Assembly (NCBI GenBank): GCA_020536535.1
Contig: JAHLWZ010000231.1
Location: forward strand, 78,985-142,984
Length of the DNA: 64,000 nucleotides
Direction of reading: 5' to 3'
Source: Pelomyxa schiedti
Taxonomy: Eukaryota; Protista; Evosea
Part shown: piece after piece, positions 49,816 through 64,000 of the stretch
Numbering within the stretch: position 1 is the first letter of the stretch
Layout of the letters: each line of letters begins with the position of its first letter
Made by a program: the position numbers and the translations under genes
The notes under the pieces: model-generated
The model's input: the letters and a program-made list of their open reading frames with translations, nothing else
Told to the model about the DNA's origin: nothing
The model's database searches: none

Positions 49816-52649
49816 TCAGCAAGAACTGGTGGGTGTTGTGGTTGTTGGTGTTACAGTGGCAATGTTGTAATAGGTAGCCCTGCGTTTACAGAACGCCAGC
49901 ATGACAGCACAGAATCCATCAACATCACGGAGTGCTTCGTTTGTGAACACGAGAGAGCACACCTGCTCGACGCTCGGTGTTTTCTCCGCTCTGGGCAATG
50001 TTGATACCGGCGACGACGGCTCAATGGCTTCGATGTTGCGGTGGTGCACTTGCAGCAGAATGCTTTCGACTTGGTGTGCGTTGTGGTTGAAGAAATGGAT
50101 GGACTGCAGGATATGTTCGGGGCGAATGGACGACAGGTTGATGCCATGTGGTGCCAGGAACAAGAGGGCACCGCAGATGAGCAACGCGTGTTTGGCTGTG
50201 GGCCTGATTGCGGGGTCTCGCTCCAGGAGGTAAGGAACAAGCGCGGTGACTGGTGTGCTATCCACGAACTCGTTGGGGATGAGGAACAACTTCGTGGAGC
50301 TGAAGAGAGTATTATCGCTGCCTCGGAGATAGGGGTGGAGGCCGGTTATGGCTTCGTACAGAACACATCCGACAGCCCACACGTCGTTCTTGGTGAGAGG
50401 GAGCTGGTTGGTGGCTCGGAGGACTTCTGGGGACCTGTTGCCTATGTTGCTTGCAATGTGTTCGCCTGGTTTGGTTTTCCCGGTTGGACAGTGAAGGGAG
50501 GTTCCAAGGTCACACAGAGCGTAAATATACCCGCTGATGGCGTGGAAGATGGCAGTCGTTGTTGGCCTCTGAACGACTATGATATTATCGAGCTTGATGT
50601 CACTGTGGAACCACCAGTGTGAGTTCAGGTTGTCAACTGCACACAGGACGCAAAAGGCAAGAGTGTCCACCTGGAGTGGGTTCTTCCCACCAAATTCGGC
50701 CGGGAGTGGCTTCCGTTCGTCCCTGTGAAATATATACGCAATGAGGTGCTCCACGTTGCATTTGCCGAGTTCCATGGTGAGGTATAAGGAGCGGTTGTAA
50801 ACGGGAATTGCTTTCGTTGTTTGGCACCCCTCCATATACGTCTGATTGTTGTTGACTGTGCAAAACTGTGCCCTAAGCTCAGGCGGGAGAAACTCCAGTA
50901 CCGTGGCTGCCTTAAACATGTTGAAGATTATGGCCATTGCCCAGCAGGGGTAAAGTAATCCGACTTTGGCTTCACACTCAAAGCTAGCATTCATGTCCTT
51001 GGTTTTGGTTCCTGCATGGTAGTTATAAGTCATTTTGAGGGCTATTTCTTTGACTTCCGCGTTTGGTGCCACAACCTCTACCGCGTTGATACACCCATTG
51101 CATCCCTGACCGACCGGCCTGAATGTGGAGTTTCTTGTGTTTCCCCGTTGCTCTTCCAGTTCCACACCTCCCATTTCCGCATTTGATGATTCACAGCGAT
51201 GTTCTGGAAGAACAAGACCATTGAGATCTATAAACCTCATTTCCCCTGGGTGGGTTGCGCAAAACAAACGCTCCAGCAGTATTCCTCTCATCATCCAGAT
51301 TTCTGAGTTTGGTCTTTATTCATAAAGAGTGCCGTGTTTATACCTCTTTGCTGTTGTTCCATGTGTTGTTTGGAGTTGGTATTATGTTCTTCCAATGCCT
51401 TGGCGCGAGATTGCAACTGAGAAAAATCAATTTTTTTTTGTTTGGACCAGAACTAACTGTCTCAAAGGATTTCCGCATGTTACAATTTTCGTCCTTCAAT
51501 GACGCCGTCTCACTTTTCAGCTTCTTATTCTCGTTTTCTAAGTCACATACACCTGGAGAGGATCTGAGTTTTTGTGTTGTTTTTCGTGGAGTTTTAGAGA
51601 CGTGATTTCACAAGTGGAGAGGCTAATCTGGCTAATAAGAAATCCGGCCCTTGCTCAGATTTTTGTTCTTGTGGTGGTTGGGCAGCTGTCTGTACCTCTA
51701 TGTGTATATCAGTTTTTTGATCTGGTGGAGGCACTGGAGAAGTGTAAGTCGTTGGCTGAACAGCAGGTTGGTCTGAGTTATTTGAAGCTGCTCCTTCTGT
51801 AAGGGGTGTCGCTGTTCTTTCTGTGGTCGAAATGGATGCAATGTTGCTGGTTGAAGTTACTTCCATTGCTGGTTGAAGTAGTGCTTCCGAGGGTGTGAAT
51901 GTATTTGAATCGGGTGTTTTACACGGCACGACCACATTTGTTTGCGTGCCCGTTTGTGCAGGTGCATTTTCATTCGGAGTGAGTGCTTCTGTCGATGGGA
52001 ATAAGGACAAATTGGCTGTGGGTGCCAGAATGGTACAAGGTGTTGCTTTTTCTGGTGGTGTGAGCCTCTGTGCTGGTATTTGTGGAGTTGGTGGTGGTCT
52101 GTTGGGTGGTATTTGTGGAGGAATCTGTGGTTGTGCTGGTATTTGTGGAGTTGGTGGTGGTGGTCTGTTGGGTGGAGTCGACAGTCGGTTTAAAGATAGC
52201 GATTGTAGGTGTGTTGTAGTGGCGTTGAAAAGAGGTGTGGAACTTGAGGCTTGTGCCGGTGATGGAAAAGTGTCCCGTGAAATGCTACTTTGGCCGGTAC
52301 TTGGAGTTTGGATTGCAGCTGTGGGCCACTTCTGTTTTTGGAAAGCTTCCTGCAGCTGAACCGACATGTTCGCGCCTACTGGCAGCGACCGTCTGGCGAA
52401 CCTTGCTATTCAAGGGGTCAGTAACCTTGTAAAAGGTGGGGAAGGGGGAATTGTTGCCTGCTGGCGACGAGGGTCCTAGGGCCGTGCTGCTTGCTGGTGC
52501 TGACGGTGATGCTGTAACTGTTGGTTTTGTACAGGACGCAGCGGAAGCTGCGGTGATGCCGACCTGGGTCAGTCATGAAAAAGAAAAAAAGTGTTGGTGG
52601 CCGAGAGTACCTTGTTGGGCTGAGTGAGGGTACCTACACGGCATGACAT
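49816..52649 (-). CDS. PINK1-like protein kinase, paralog 2 (P/T-rich and coiled-coil N-terminus)
   Basis: Kinase exon 49816..51300: VGQGCNGCI, IALKMTYN, HSDIKLDN, CDLG, NRSPE, KNDVWAVG. Upstream P/T-rich exon 51620-52430. Start approximate. Confidence 0.85.
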
Positions 52650-52959
52650 GGCATGTCCCTACTTGCCTTTCAACTGATTTTTTAAGAATGTGAGGAAAAT
52701 TGGAGGCAACCTTTATTTCGCTGGCCACCTATTCCGCAAAAGTTCTGCCACGTAAACACCAAACTGGACGCCAAGTTGGATGTCGCCAAGAATGTGTCTG
52801 CTCTATGCCTTACAACAGCATTGATCTCAAAACAGGGTGTTACGGGCCACCATGTTTGTGCACTTAGGGGTTCGGTACTGGCGAATGACCCCTCAGTATG
52901 ATGCAGGAGGAACAAAGCGGCAGTTTTGGCACCGGTTAGTCAATTGACAAAGTGCACGC

Positions 52960-53140
52960 GAAAAAGGCGTTTCTTCTTGTAGAAACGACAGCACAAAAGC
53001 CTTCGATATCAGAGAGGGACACACGAGAGAGCACACCTGCTCGGTGTTTTCTGCGCTGGGTGATGCTGACGACTGCGACGGCTCCATGACTCGATGTTGA
53101 GGTGTAGCACTTCCGAGCGTTTGTTCGACCTGGGCCACTT
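52960..53140 (-). pseudogene. Degenerate relic of the kinase paralogs' 3' end
   Basis: ACACGAGAGAGCACACCTGCTC (53020-53042) and flanking sequence match 53305-53326, 47117-47138 and 49947-49969. Encodes QVEQTL..SSASPSAENTEQVCSLV, with deletions relative to the intact copies. Confidence 0.75.
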
Positions 53141-53145
53141 TAGTT

Positions 53146-55657
53146 TTAGTCAATAGAATAAGTACATTTGCAATTTTCAACAATAACTAGGGTGAGTGTA
53201 ACCTGTGTTGGTGATGTGACGTTGTAATACACGGCTCTGCGTTGACAAAACGCCAGCATGACAGCACAGAATCCCTCGACATCACGGAGTGCTTTGTTCG
53301 CGAACACGAGAGAGCACACCTGCTCGACGCTCGGTGTTTTCTCTGCCGCTGTGGGTGATGCTGACGACAGTGATGACGGAGCGAAGGACTCGATGTTCTT
53401 GCGGAGAATGTGAAGGAGTGTACTTTGGACCTGGGCCGAGTTGTTGGTGAAGAAGTCGATGGACTGTCTGATGTGATCGGGGCGAGTGGATGAGATGTTG
53501 ACAGTGTGTGGTGCCAGGAACAAGATGGCACCGCAGATGAGCAACGCGTGTTTGGCTGTGGGCCTGATGGCGGGGTATCGCTCCAAGAGGTAAGGAACAA
53601 GCGCGGCGACTGGTGTGCTGTCAACGAACTCGTCTGGGATGAGGAAGGGACTCTTTACGTTGCGGAGGAGGTTCTCGTCAATGTCCCTGTTTCGGCAGTA
53701 GGGATGATGGCCAGTGATGACCTCGTACAGAACACACCCGACAGCCCACACGTCGTTCTTGGTGAGAGAGAACTTTATGCTGGCACGGTGAAGTTCTGGG
53801 GACCTGTTGATTCCATTACCTTCAACAGTGTCCCCTGACCTGAGAGTGTGTTCCCCGGATGGGCAGTGGAGGGCAGTTCCAAGGTCACACAGAGTGTAAA
53901 TGTTCCCACTGATGGCGTGGAAGATGGCAGTCGTTGTTGGCCTCTGAACGACGAGGATATTGTCCAGCTTGATGTCAGTGTGGAACCACCAGTGCGAATT
54001 CAGGTTGTCAACTGCACTCAGTACACAAAAGGCCAGACTTCCAACATGGAGTGGGTTCTTCCCACCAAATTCGGCCGGGAGTGGCTTCCTTTCCTCCCTG
54101 TGGAACTTATCCGCAACGAGGGTCTCCACGTTGCACTTGCCGAGTTCCATTGTGAGATATGATGTCCGATGGAAAAAGGGGATTCCTCCCTTTGTTCCCT
54201 CTATACGGACCCCGTCTTCATCAACTAGGCAGTACTGTGGTCTCAGGTCAGGTGGCATGAGTTCCAGCATAGTCTTCCCCCTGAAGGAGTTGAAGATAAT
54301 GGCCATACACCAGTGAGGGTGAAGCAGCCCAACCCTGTACTCGCAGTCGAATCTATCCTTAATTTGAATGGTTGTGGCTCCCGCTGAAAGGTTAAACAGC
54401 ATTTTGAGAGCGACTTCTTTGATTTCTGCATTTGGTGCCAAAACGAGTACAGCATTGACACACCCATTGCATCCCATGCCAATAGGTCTAGCTGTTACAA
54501 TTTGAAGGCCACCTAGTTCTATTAATCCCTCTTCTCCTTCTCCTTGTGTGCAAATCTCGCTTTCCAGCAGCTGTCCTCTCATCACCAAATTATCTGAGTT
54601 TGATCTGTCTTAATTCGAAATGAGATTTGGCTTTACCCCTTTGAAGCCGTTCAACCAGTTCTTTGTTTTTGGCATTGTGTTCTTCCAATGCCTTTGTGCG
54701 GCCTTGCAACTGGGAGAAATCTGTTATTGTTGATTAGTGCTTAATTTTCTTGTGACATGTTGTGTACCAACGCTAGCTTTGTCCAAGGATCGATGCAACG
54801 TATTATTTTCATCTTCCAAACTTGTAGCGTGACGTTCCAATGACACCACAATGCTGATCAGCTTTTTGTTCTCGTTTTGGAGGTCACTGATCTCTGGGCA
54901 AGAGAAATGAGATGAATCTTTGATTAGTTCTTACTGGGAATTGGAGATTACCTGATTGCAGAAAAGGTTCAGTGGCAAGTCTGGCAATCTTACTGAATAT
55001 TCCCGGTTCAGACGAGGGGCTTTGCTCTGGTGTTGTTACTTGTGGTGGTTGTACAAGTGTTTGCGTGTGAATGTCGGTGTTTTGATGTTTTTGAAGCAGC
55101 ACTTCAGAAGTCTGAGCCGTTAGTACATATGTTGAGTTTGCAGTTGTGGCACTGCGCGTGGATGGAAGCAGTGATCCTTGCATGGTTGTTGTTGTGTTTG
55201 TTGGTTCTATGGGCGAAGAAAGTGATAAATTAGTTGTGGGTGTAAGTGGTGTTTCCGCTGTCGAAGGTTTTGTGGGTTTGGCTGATGGAATATCAGTTTG
55301 GTGGCGGTCGTTTTGAAAGTGGAAGTGATCTTCTGTTTGCGTCTAGTTGTTGTGCCGATGTTGCATATGTGTCGGAAGTAAGTGTTGTACTTGAGGTTTG
55401 TGTGGATGCAAGAGTATCCCGTGATGTTGTCTCTGAATTGTTCTTTACATCAGTACTTAGATTAGTTGCACCTCCCTTTCTCGGTTTATTAAAAGCTTGC
55501 TGTAACTCAGAAGCCAAGTCCACGTTTGGGACGGGTGGCAGGGACCGCCTTGCCAGGTTTTCTATTCAAAGGGGGTTAACACCTCAAAAGCAATGGGACT
55601 ATAGTTGCCTGGCGGTTGTTGTCTGAGTCGTGATGATACTGATGTGGACGGGTGCAT
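53146..55657 (-). CDS. PINK1-like protein kinase, paralog 3 (S/T-rich and coiled-coil N-terminus)
   Basis: Kinase exon 53146..54590: IGMGCNGCV, VALKMLFN, RTSYLTME, HTDIKLDN, CDLG, GNGINRSPE. N-terminal exon shares ARRSLP..LQxAFxK with paralog 2. Start approximate. Confidence 0.85.
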
Positions 55658-55848
55658 CGGTGTTGAAACCAGTGTTGAACAAAGTGAAGTCGCTCAACAG
55701 GGCCTTAGCCCGAAACAACAATCGAATCGCCTTCGCACAACGGCCAACAAAAAACGATTTTTGGTTGATCTCGTCGGTGATTTTGGTGAACCAGTTTGTT
55801 ACACCGTTCAGCCAAGCAGCCCTCGTACAATTTTTGTGGCCTAGGCAA

Positions 55849-56781
55849 ATGTGGCCGCAAGTCCTTCAGTTTGTTGATGCGCGCACCATGTCGTGCGATG
55901 TGCAGCTTGTATCCAAGGAATGGCGACGGATGGCATGCGCCGAGGCATCTCGGCGACTGCTGGAAATCCTGTCGTTCGCGGCCTCGCCCTTCTCCGTTGC
56001 GGCAGACACCCCAACCACGGAGTGCAGTGGTAATGGCAATCAAGTTGTGACCGAGCAGTCCCACAATCCCGACACGCGGCGCAGACCTGGCGACCATAGG
56101 ACCACCTGGTGCTGGGACGCATCAGGCCTATCGTCAGCCGCTCATCACGATATGCACTTCAAGGCCCTTATCGACGACCATTGTGCTTGCGACTTGGAGG
56201 CCGCCTCCGCCAATGTGTTTCCCGCAAGTGACGACATCGCAGTTAAGCACCCCACTGGGACCGACAAGTCAAGTGGCTGCGAAAAGGTTGTCTCACTGTT
56301 GGGTGAAGCCGGGTCTTGGTCCTGGTTCCACCACGACAAGTCCAGCATTGGGCCGCACAGCGTACCGCCAGAGGAAATGCTGGACACTCTTGGACTGGTT
56401 CTGAGGTACTCGTGGATGCTGTGCTGCGCATCCGGGGGTTCAGCATCCTACTTGAGGCACCGCAGGAAAGACGGAATCACGTTCTGTTCATCGACTGAGG
56501 GAACAACGGTGTGGGTGCTGTTGTCTGGCGTGTTTGAAACGCCCGGTGGAAGTGGAGAGGGCACCAGCGCCGGGAGCTCCTTGGTGCCAAATGCCAGTGA
56601 GGATGATGAGGAAGACTGGGATGGAGTGTATGATCCCGCGGCCGAGTACATGCCAGTTCCACACGCCCCAGGAAATGGCAGTGGAATTCTCATAGCCTTA
56701 TCAACCTATTATTGCCAGGAGAAGAGAGAATTTTATGAAATCCTCTCCAGGCACAAGGCGAAGACACCAGATTTCCCCTAA
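55849..56781 (+). CDS. Intronless F-box-like protein
   Basis: Open frame 55630..56781. MWPQVLQFVDARTMSCDVQLVSKEWRRMA resembles the F-box consensus (..IF..L....L..VCK.W). Start taken at ATG 55849 because the upstream part overlaps the inferred start of kinase 3. Confidence 0.55.
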   Translation: MWPQVLQFVDARTMSCDVQLVSKEWRRMACAEASRRLLEILSFAASPFSVAADTPTTECSGNGNQVVTEQSHNPDTRRRPGDHRTTWCWDASGLSSAAHHDMHFKALIDDHCACDLEAASANVFPASDDIAVKHPTGTDKSSGCEKVVSLLGEAGSWSWFHHDKSSIGPHSVPPEEMLDTLGLVLRYSWMLCCASGGSASYLRHRRKDGITFCSSTEGTTVWVLLSGVFETPGGSGEGTSAGSSLVPNASEDDEEDWDGVYDPAAEYMPVPHAPGNGSGILIALSTYYCQEKREFYEILSRHKAKTPDFP

Positions 56782-56845
56782 TCACCATAATCATGCAAAA
56801 CACAAGAAAAACAAAAACTAGACGTTAGTAGTCGGTCGGGCCATA

Positions 56846-59800
56846 ATGATGGAGGAGGTTTCGTGCCCAATCTGTGGTGGCACGTTCGACATATCGCAGA
56901 TCGACGCGCACGCCAACGCGTGCCTGGACACCATGGCCGCCTCGGGAGGCGGCGGCGGTGGCGCCTCCACCACTTCCTCGTCCTCCTCCTCCACCACCAC
57001 GACGGCGCCCGCGTCCCCCGTGCACAAGAGGTCGGCGTCGTCCGGGCCGCGGGGCAAGAAGAAGGGGCCGCCCGACCTGTCCATCGACGAGGCCTTCCTC
57101 GACCTGCTGCGGGAGGCCGACGAGCTCCCGGCGCCGGCGCCCCCCGCCCCGCCCCCGCCCCCGCTGCGGCGCACGGCGGCCGGCGTGATCCCCACGGCCA
57201 CCGCCGCCGCCACCGCCACGACGGCCGCCGCGGACCCCACCACTTCGTCGTCTGTGGCTGTGAGCGTGGGCGGGGGATCTAGTACAGACAGCACGGGGAC
57301 CCCTACGGCCCCGCCACCTCCGCCGTCGGATCCTTCCAGGCCGGCTTGGAAGCTCACAGCGGGTATAGATTTCTATTTTTCTATGCGTATTTCTCTTTTT
57401 ATGTATACCTGCCTGTCTATTGGTTTGTCTGGCATTTTGTCTTTTTTGAATTATTGTTGGTTGTTGTTCACTCGTTTTGGTGCTCAGCCGTCGTGCTTGG
57501 GAACCTAATTGCAGTTCAAATATACAAATATCTCAAACACTATCTGTAGGTAAGATTCCACTTTCTACAGAAACGAGTACTCCCAAAAGTCCGCCAGCAA
57601 AGCCGGTAGTTAAAAAACCACCAGTATCATCGTCATCAACATCTGCTTCAACACCCTCCACTAGTACAACCACATCTTCCTCAACTTCAGCTTCCTCTGC
57701 TAGTTCAGCATCTGCAGTATCATCACATCCATTGGAGACTGTCTCCAATGTACCTTCAGTTATAACACGCGGCATACAGCATGCCATAACGATGCTATTC
57801 AATAGGAAAAACACATTTGCTGATGTGTGTTTTGTTTTTGATGATTCTAGAGAAACCTTGTTGGCACACAAGGCAATTTTGAGGTTTGAGTCTCTGTGTG
57901 CTACTCCACTTTACTAATTTACGTTTCTTCCCAGTGCACGATCAATGCAATTTGAAATGGAGTTCAGCAAAGGAGGACCATCTCCTAAAAATAGCATGAC
58001 AATCATCAACATTTCTGTACCATATGCCCTGTTCAGAGAACTCCTTAGATTTATCTATACAGGTTCCACACATTGCTAGTAAAGTAATTGCTGACTTATG
58101 TGGCTTTAGGCGAGGTGTACATAAGTGATATGAAAGTCGTTCATTCCCTTCTTGAAATTGCGTCTGCTTATTCTGTAGACACTTTGCTTGCCAAATTACA
58201 AGATACACGTAGTTATTGTACTAACCCTCCTTTTTTTCATTCTTTTCCCAGATTCCACACCTGTGACAATCAAGGAATATCCTGATATTTTTGCCAGTAA
58301 TATTTTGCGAATTGCTGGCTCCAAAGCCACAGCCGACTGCTGGTTGAGTGTACAGGAAGGCTCGTCAATCCTCGTCCAATTGCCTGCTCACAGAGCTCTA
58401 TTGACCTCTGTATCTTCATTTTTTTCGTATGCTTTCCAGATGGTTGGAGCGAAAAACCAGTAATATTTTTCACAGGAAACAATTCCGATTCACAGGGAAG
58501 AGAAACCAGGTATGTCGATTTTTCCGTCGTATTTTATGTATATATGTCGCCGTTTAGGAGGCTGTAGCAGACTTATGTTCCAGCGCAAACCTATTCATAC
58601 TTCCAGATATACCAAACTCAGAAGATATAGCTGTTGTTCGAGACGCCAAACGAGCCGCTGTGGAGGCAAACATGCACCAGATAGCGCCAAACGCATCACC
58701 CTCACGGGTGCGCCGGATACAACCTTTCTTTTCACTTAAGTCTTTGGCAGATCACACTCAATGTAGACCCAGAGAGTGCAGAATCTTTCACTGAAATTTC
58801 CATGCAGTGTTTCCTTAGGTAAAACTGTGGCAACCTCAATCTTAGCTTATAGTGGAAAAGGTGTTTGTATTCGGCTTACTCCTTACCCCGTGCTTTGGAA
58901 ATTGTGCCAGTAAACTCCCGAGTTTCTGTTGCCCACAGTATGGCTGCGGTTGCAGAAGCATTCCATGAGGTGGTTTGTTCGCTCATCGGTAACATCTAAA
59001 GATAAACGTAGGAGTTCCTCATGAATATGTGTCTGAATTATGCATCGTTGCATTTCACACTGTCATTTAAAAATGTCAATTCGGTGTGGGTCCAATCCAA
59101 CAGTGATGATTTTTCTTCACTCGTTTTGCGAGGGCGCTGTGTTAAATATGTTCACGATAATTTGCATACCATTTCACGGAAGGTATTTAAATTACCATTT
59201 TAATCATAGTGGGAATCACCTCATATCTCCACAACCAGCCTGCAATGTTCACCGAGTGGCACAAGAGTTTTATTGCTGCTGTTGTGGAGTGTTTTCCTGC
59301 CTGTGTGTATGGGAATAAGTGGGTTTTTCCCTCCTATTATTTGACAGCATTATGTAGTTTCCAGTGATAAGGGTTCTTCTGTTGCATCATATGCCACAGT
59401 GGATAACTGCAGGAAGATATGTGACCTGATGTGTTTCACATTCTCTCTTGATACCATAGATGTTTGTCGGCAGGGTTTTGAGACTTGTCAAAAAAGTCTA
59501 AATACCATTGTGGATTCTAGGTTGGTTGGTGGCAGTCACCCTCATTCCTTTTTTCATTGACACTATGGTAGCCCTGCTACAAAACCAAAGGGATACAGCA
59601 TGTACCTCGTTTCCATGATTGATGCTTCACAGTACTGCAAATTGACTGTAAAACCTTTCTGTTTCTAAAGCAAGGTGACTTGCATCTAATCACCCTCCTC
59701 ACAACCAGGACCTACGTAACAAGTGCACAAGGGAAGTGGTCACGAACCACGCAACCCTGACCACAGCCACAGAGAAAGTATCCCTCGTGAAAGAAACGGA

Positions 59801-60283
59801 ATGCTTGTTGAAAGCGGCAATGGCCACTCATGCAGGTACTACCGGTTTTCTTTGTGTGTATGTTTATGTGTATGCCTTCTCTCATGCACCCGATCCGCCT
59901 CAAACAAAAACTTTCCATTCTAATTCCGCACAGGATCCGGAAAAAGTGAGAAGACTTGCATTGACTGCGGAACCCAGTTTGGAATTTTCTTACACAAGGT
60001 ACAGCTTCCGTGTTACTAAAGCCTGTGTCATCCCAACACAAAATCCCAGCACCAATGCCCTTTGTGCAAGAGGAAGATGTGCATCAACTGCTTCAAGAAG
60101 CCATTTAGCACACCGGCCGTAACCCTCAGCTCATCAAGCACCACCACGTCATCAACATCAGCTGCTTCAGCATCAACATCAACTTCCACAGCACAAACAA
60201 ACAGCTCAACAACGCCAAAACACTGCCCAATGTGTGTAAAGTTGCTTGGTGTCTTTGTCTTATCAGAAGAAGGCCTCAACTAA
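56846..60283 (+). CDS. UBZ4 zinc finger + tandem BTB/POZ + C-terminal FYVE-like zinc finger protein
   Basis: N-terminal CPICGGTFDISQIDAHANACLD (UBZ4). BTB1 FADVCF..LLAHKAIL..FRELLRFIYT; BTB2 ADCWL..LPAHRALL..SFFSYAF. C-terminal CIDCGTQFGIFLHK/HQCPLCKRKMCINC...CPMC. Stop at 60283. Confidence 0.82.
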
Positions 60284-61478
60284 AAAAAAACAGCCCCTCT
60301 TGGACGCGTGTAACTTGTTGGTGTTTCAGTGCACCCTTCCAGCCACCAAAGTGACAGTAAAAAACACCAATGAAATAGCCGAAATATCGAAGAGGTTTTG
60401 TGAATCTCTATTTTGTGACAGTATCTCCAGGTGCACTTTGCTGTCTGACTTGTGTGTGGTTTTTTTTTCTGAGGAATGTTGCCGACTAGTAGTTTTGGGA
60501 ACATTCGTGCGTTCTTGTTCTTGTTCTTGTTCTTGTTCTTGTTCTTGCTTGTTGTTGAAGTGGACAACATCTTCAAAATGGGGAGGCTCAGGTAGTTGTG
60601 TTTGGAGCGTGTGGGTGTTGCTGTTGCAATTGGAGTGCCACAGCACAGAAGTTACAATAAATGAATAAGAAGAAAAAGAAATGTCAAGAACAAGATTTTT
60701 CTTTTGTTTTGGAATGGGTTGTAACAAGGTGATGTGGTGTTGGTGGTTTTCTTTCTTTTTTTGTTATAGTGATAGACCGGTAAAAAACAGTGCATTTGCC
60801 TTTTTTTCCTGCTCGTCACGGCGCAACGAGCAAAGGCGCACCATTTGGCCGACGAACACGAGAGGGCCACAACGGCCCTTGTCTCTCGTGCATTGCGGCA
60901 AAAATCCGGTTGTTTTTCGGGGGGGCACCAGCCGAACGCTGTGTGCCGCAGTACTCCTTTGCAAAACCCAATACAAACGCACGCGCGCAGCAGCAGGCAC
61001 GTGTGACGATGAGAATGAAAGAATAAGATCTCCCATAATCACCGCCACACAGAACCGCCGCAACGCGCGCGCGCTCCCCACCGCCAATTCCTTCGCGGGG
61101 GACCCCCAGAACGCAGCCCCCGGCCGCGCCCTGTTGACGGGGCGTGGGCGCATCGCGAACGGACGACGGCCTTGCGGCCCCCGAGCCGCGGCGAGCGTTG
61201 CGTGCTTCCTCCCCAAAAACGCTTCTCATCCCATCTCTCATCTCATTTGTTGTTTGTTGTGTTCCTTTTTTTTCTTCCTTAAAAAGCTCCCATAAAATAC
61301 TTTTCGTTCCCGCCAAAATTTGGATGACCATCAAAAACATTTTGGTCTTGGAGTTACCAGATTTTCCTTGGTCCTCAATCAAAGGCTCGTTTAACATGCT
61401 GTGGGCTTCTGTTTCATTTCCCCAAGCCAACAAGAGGAATTGAATGGTATTCCCGTGTTTATGTTGTTAAGACCAGTT

Positions 61479-64000
<2,522 letters not shown>

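Noticed and set aside
59960-60240. C-terminal Cys cluster read as a RING finger
   Set aside because: After splicing, the spacing CxxC-x3-F-x6-HxCxxC-x4-CxxC...CxxC fits FYVE better than RING.
60511-60548. (GTTCTT)n tract and the Cys-Ser or Gln-Glu repeat ORFs it creates
   Set aside because: Simple microsatellite with no coding evidence.

Overview
Gene-dense, intron-rich eukaryotic DNA: standard code, many ~45-60 nt GT-AG introns, intergenic gaps often under 120 bp. The style suggests an amoebozoan protist, possibly a Pelomyxa-like archamoeba (inference only). About 20 protein-coding genes could be reconstructed by manual splicing. Left half: 3' end of a ZNFX1-like protein (NF-X1 fingers, split RING, RZ finger), MLH3, a PHO80/CYCU cyclin, a three-domain fusion of CTP:phosphocholine cytidylyltransferase + choline/ethanolamine kinase + C1 zinc finger (missed by the ORF track), a secreted GH43-AbfB/CBM42 enzyme, a very large membrane protein built from ~18 D-x-P...W-R hydrophobic repeats, a divergent Rab-like GTPase, a GtaA-like protein, a short TMC-like protein and a DUSP. 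Right half: a HIT protein, SMC4, a zinc-domain-less sirtuin fused to KOW and CCDC53-like modules, a RING protein, three tandem PINK1-like non-RD kinases plus a relic fragment, an F-box-like protein, a UBZ-BTB-FYVE protein and the 3' part of a USP. A 516-bp hAT-type MITE with an exact 8-bp target-site duplication is also present. Top candidates for novelty are the Kennedy-pathway CCT-kinase-C1 fusion and the PINK1-like kinase array sitting among ubiquitin-system genes. Gene ends come from manual splicing and are approximate where stated. No rRNA, tRNA or CRISPR array was recognised.
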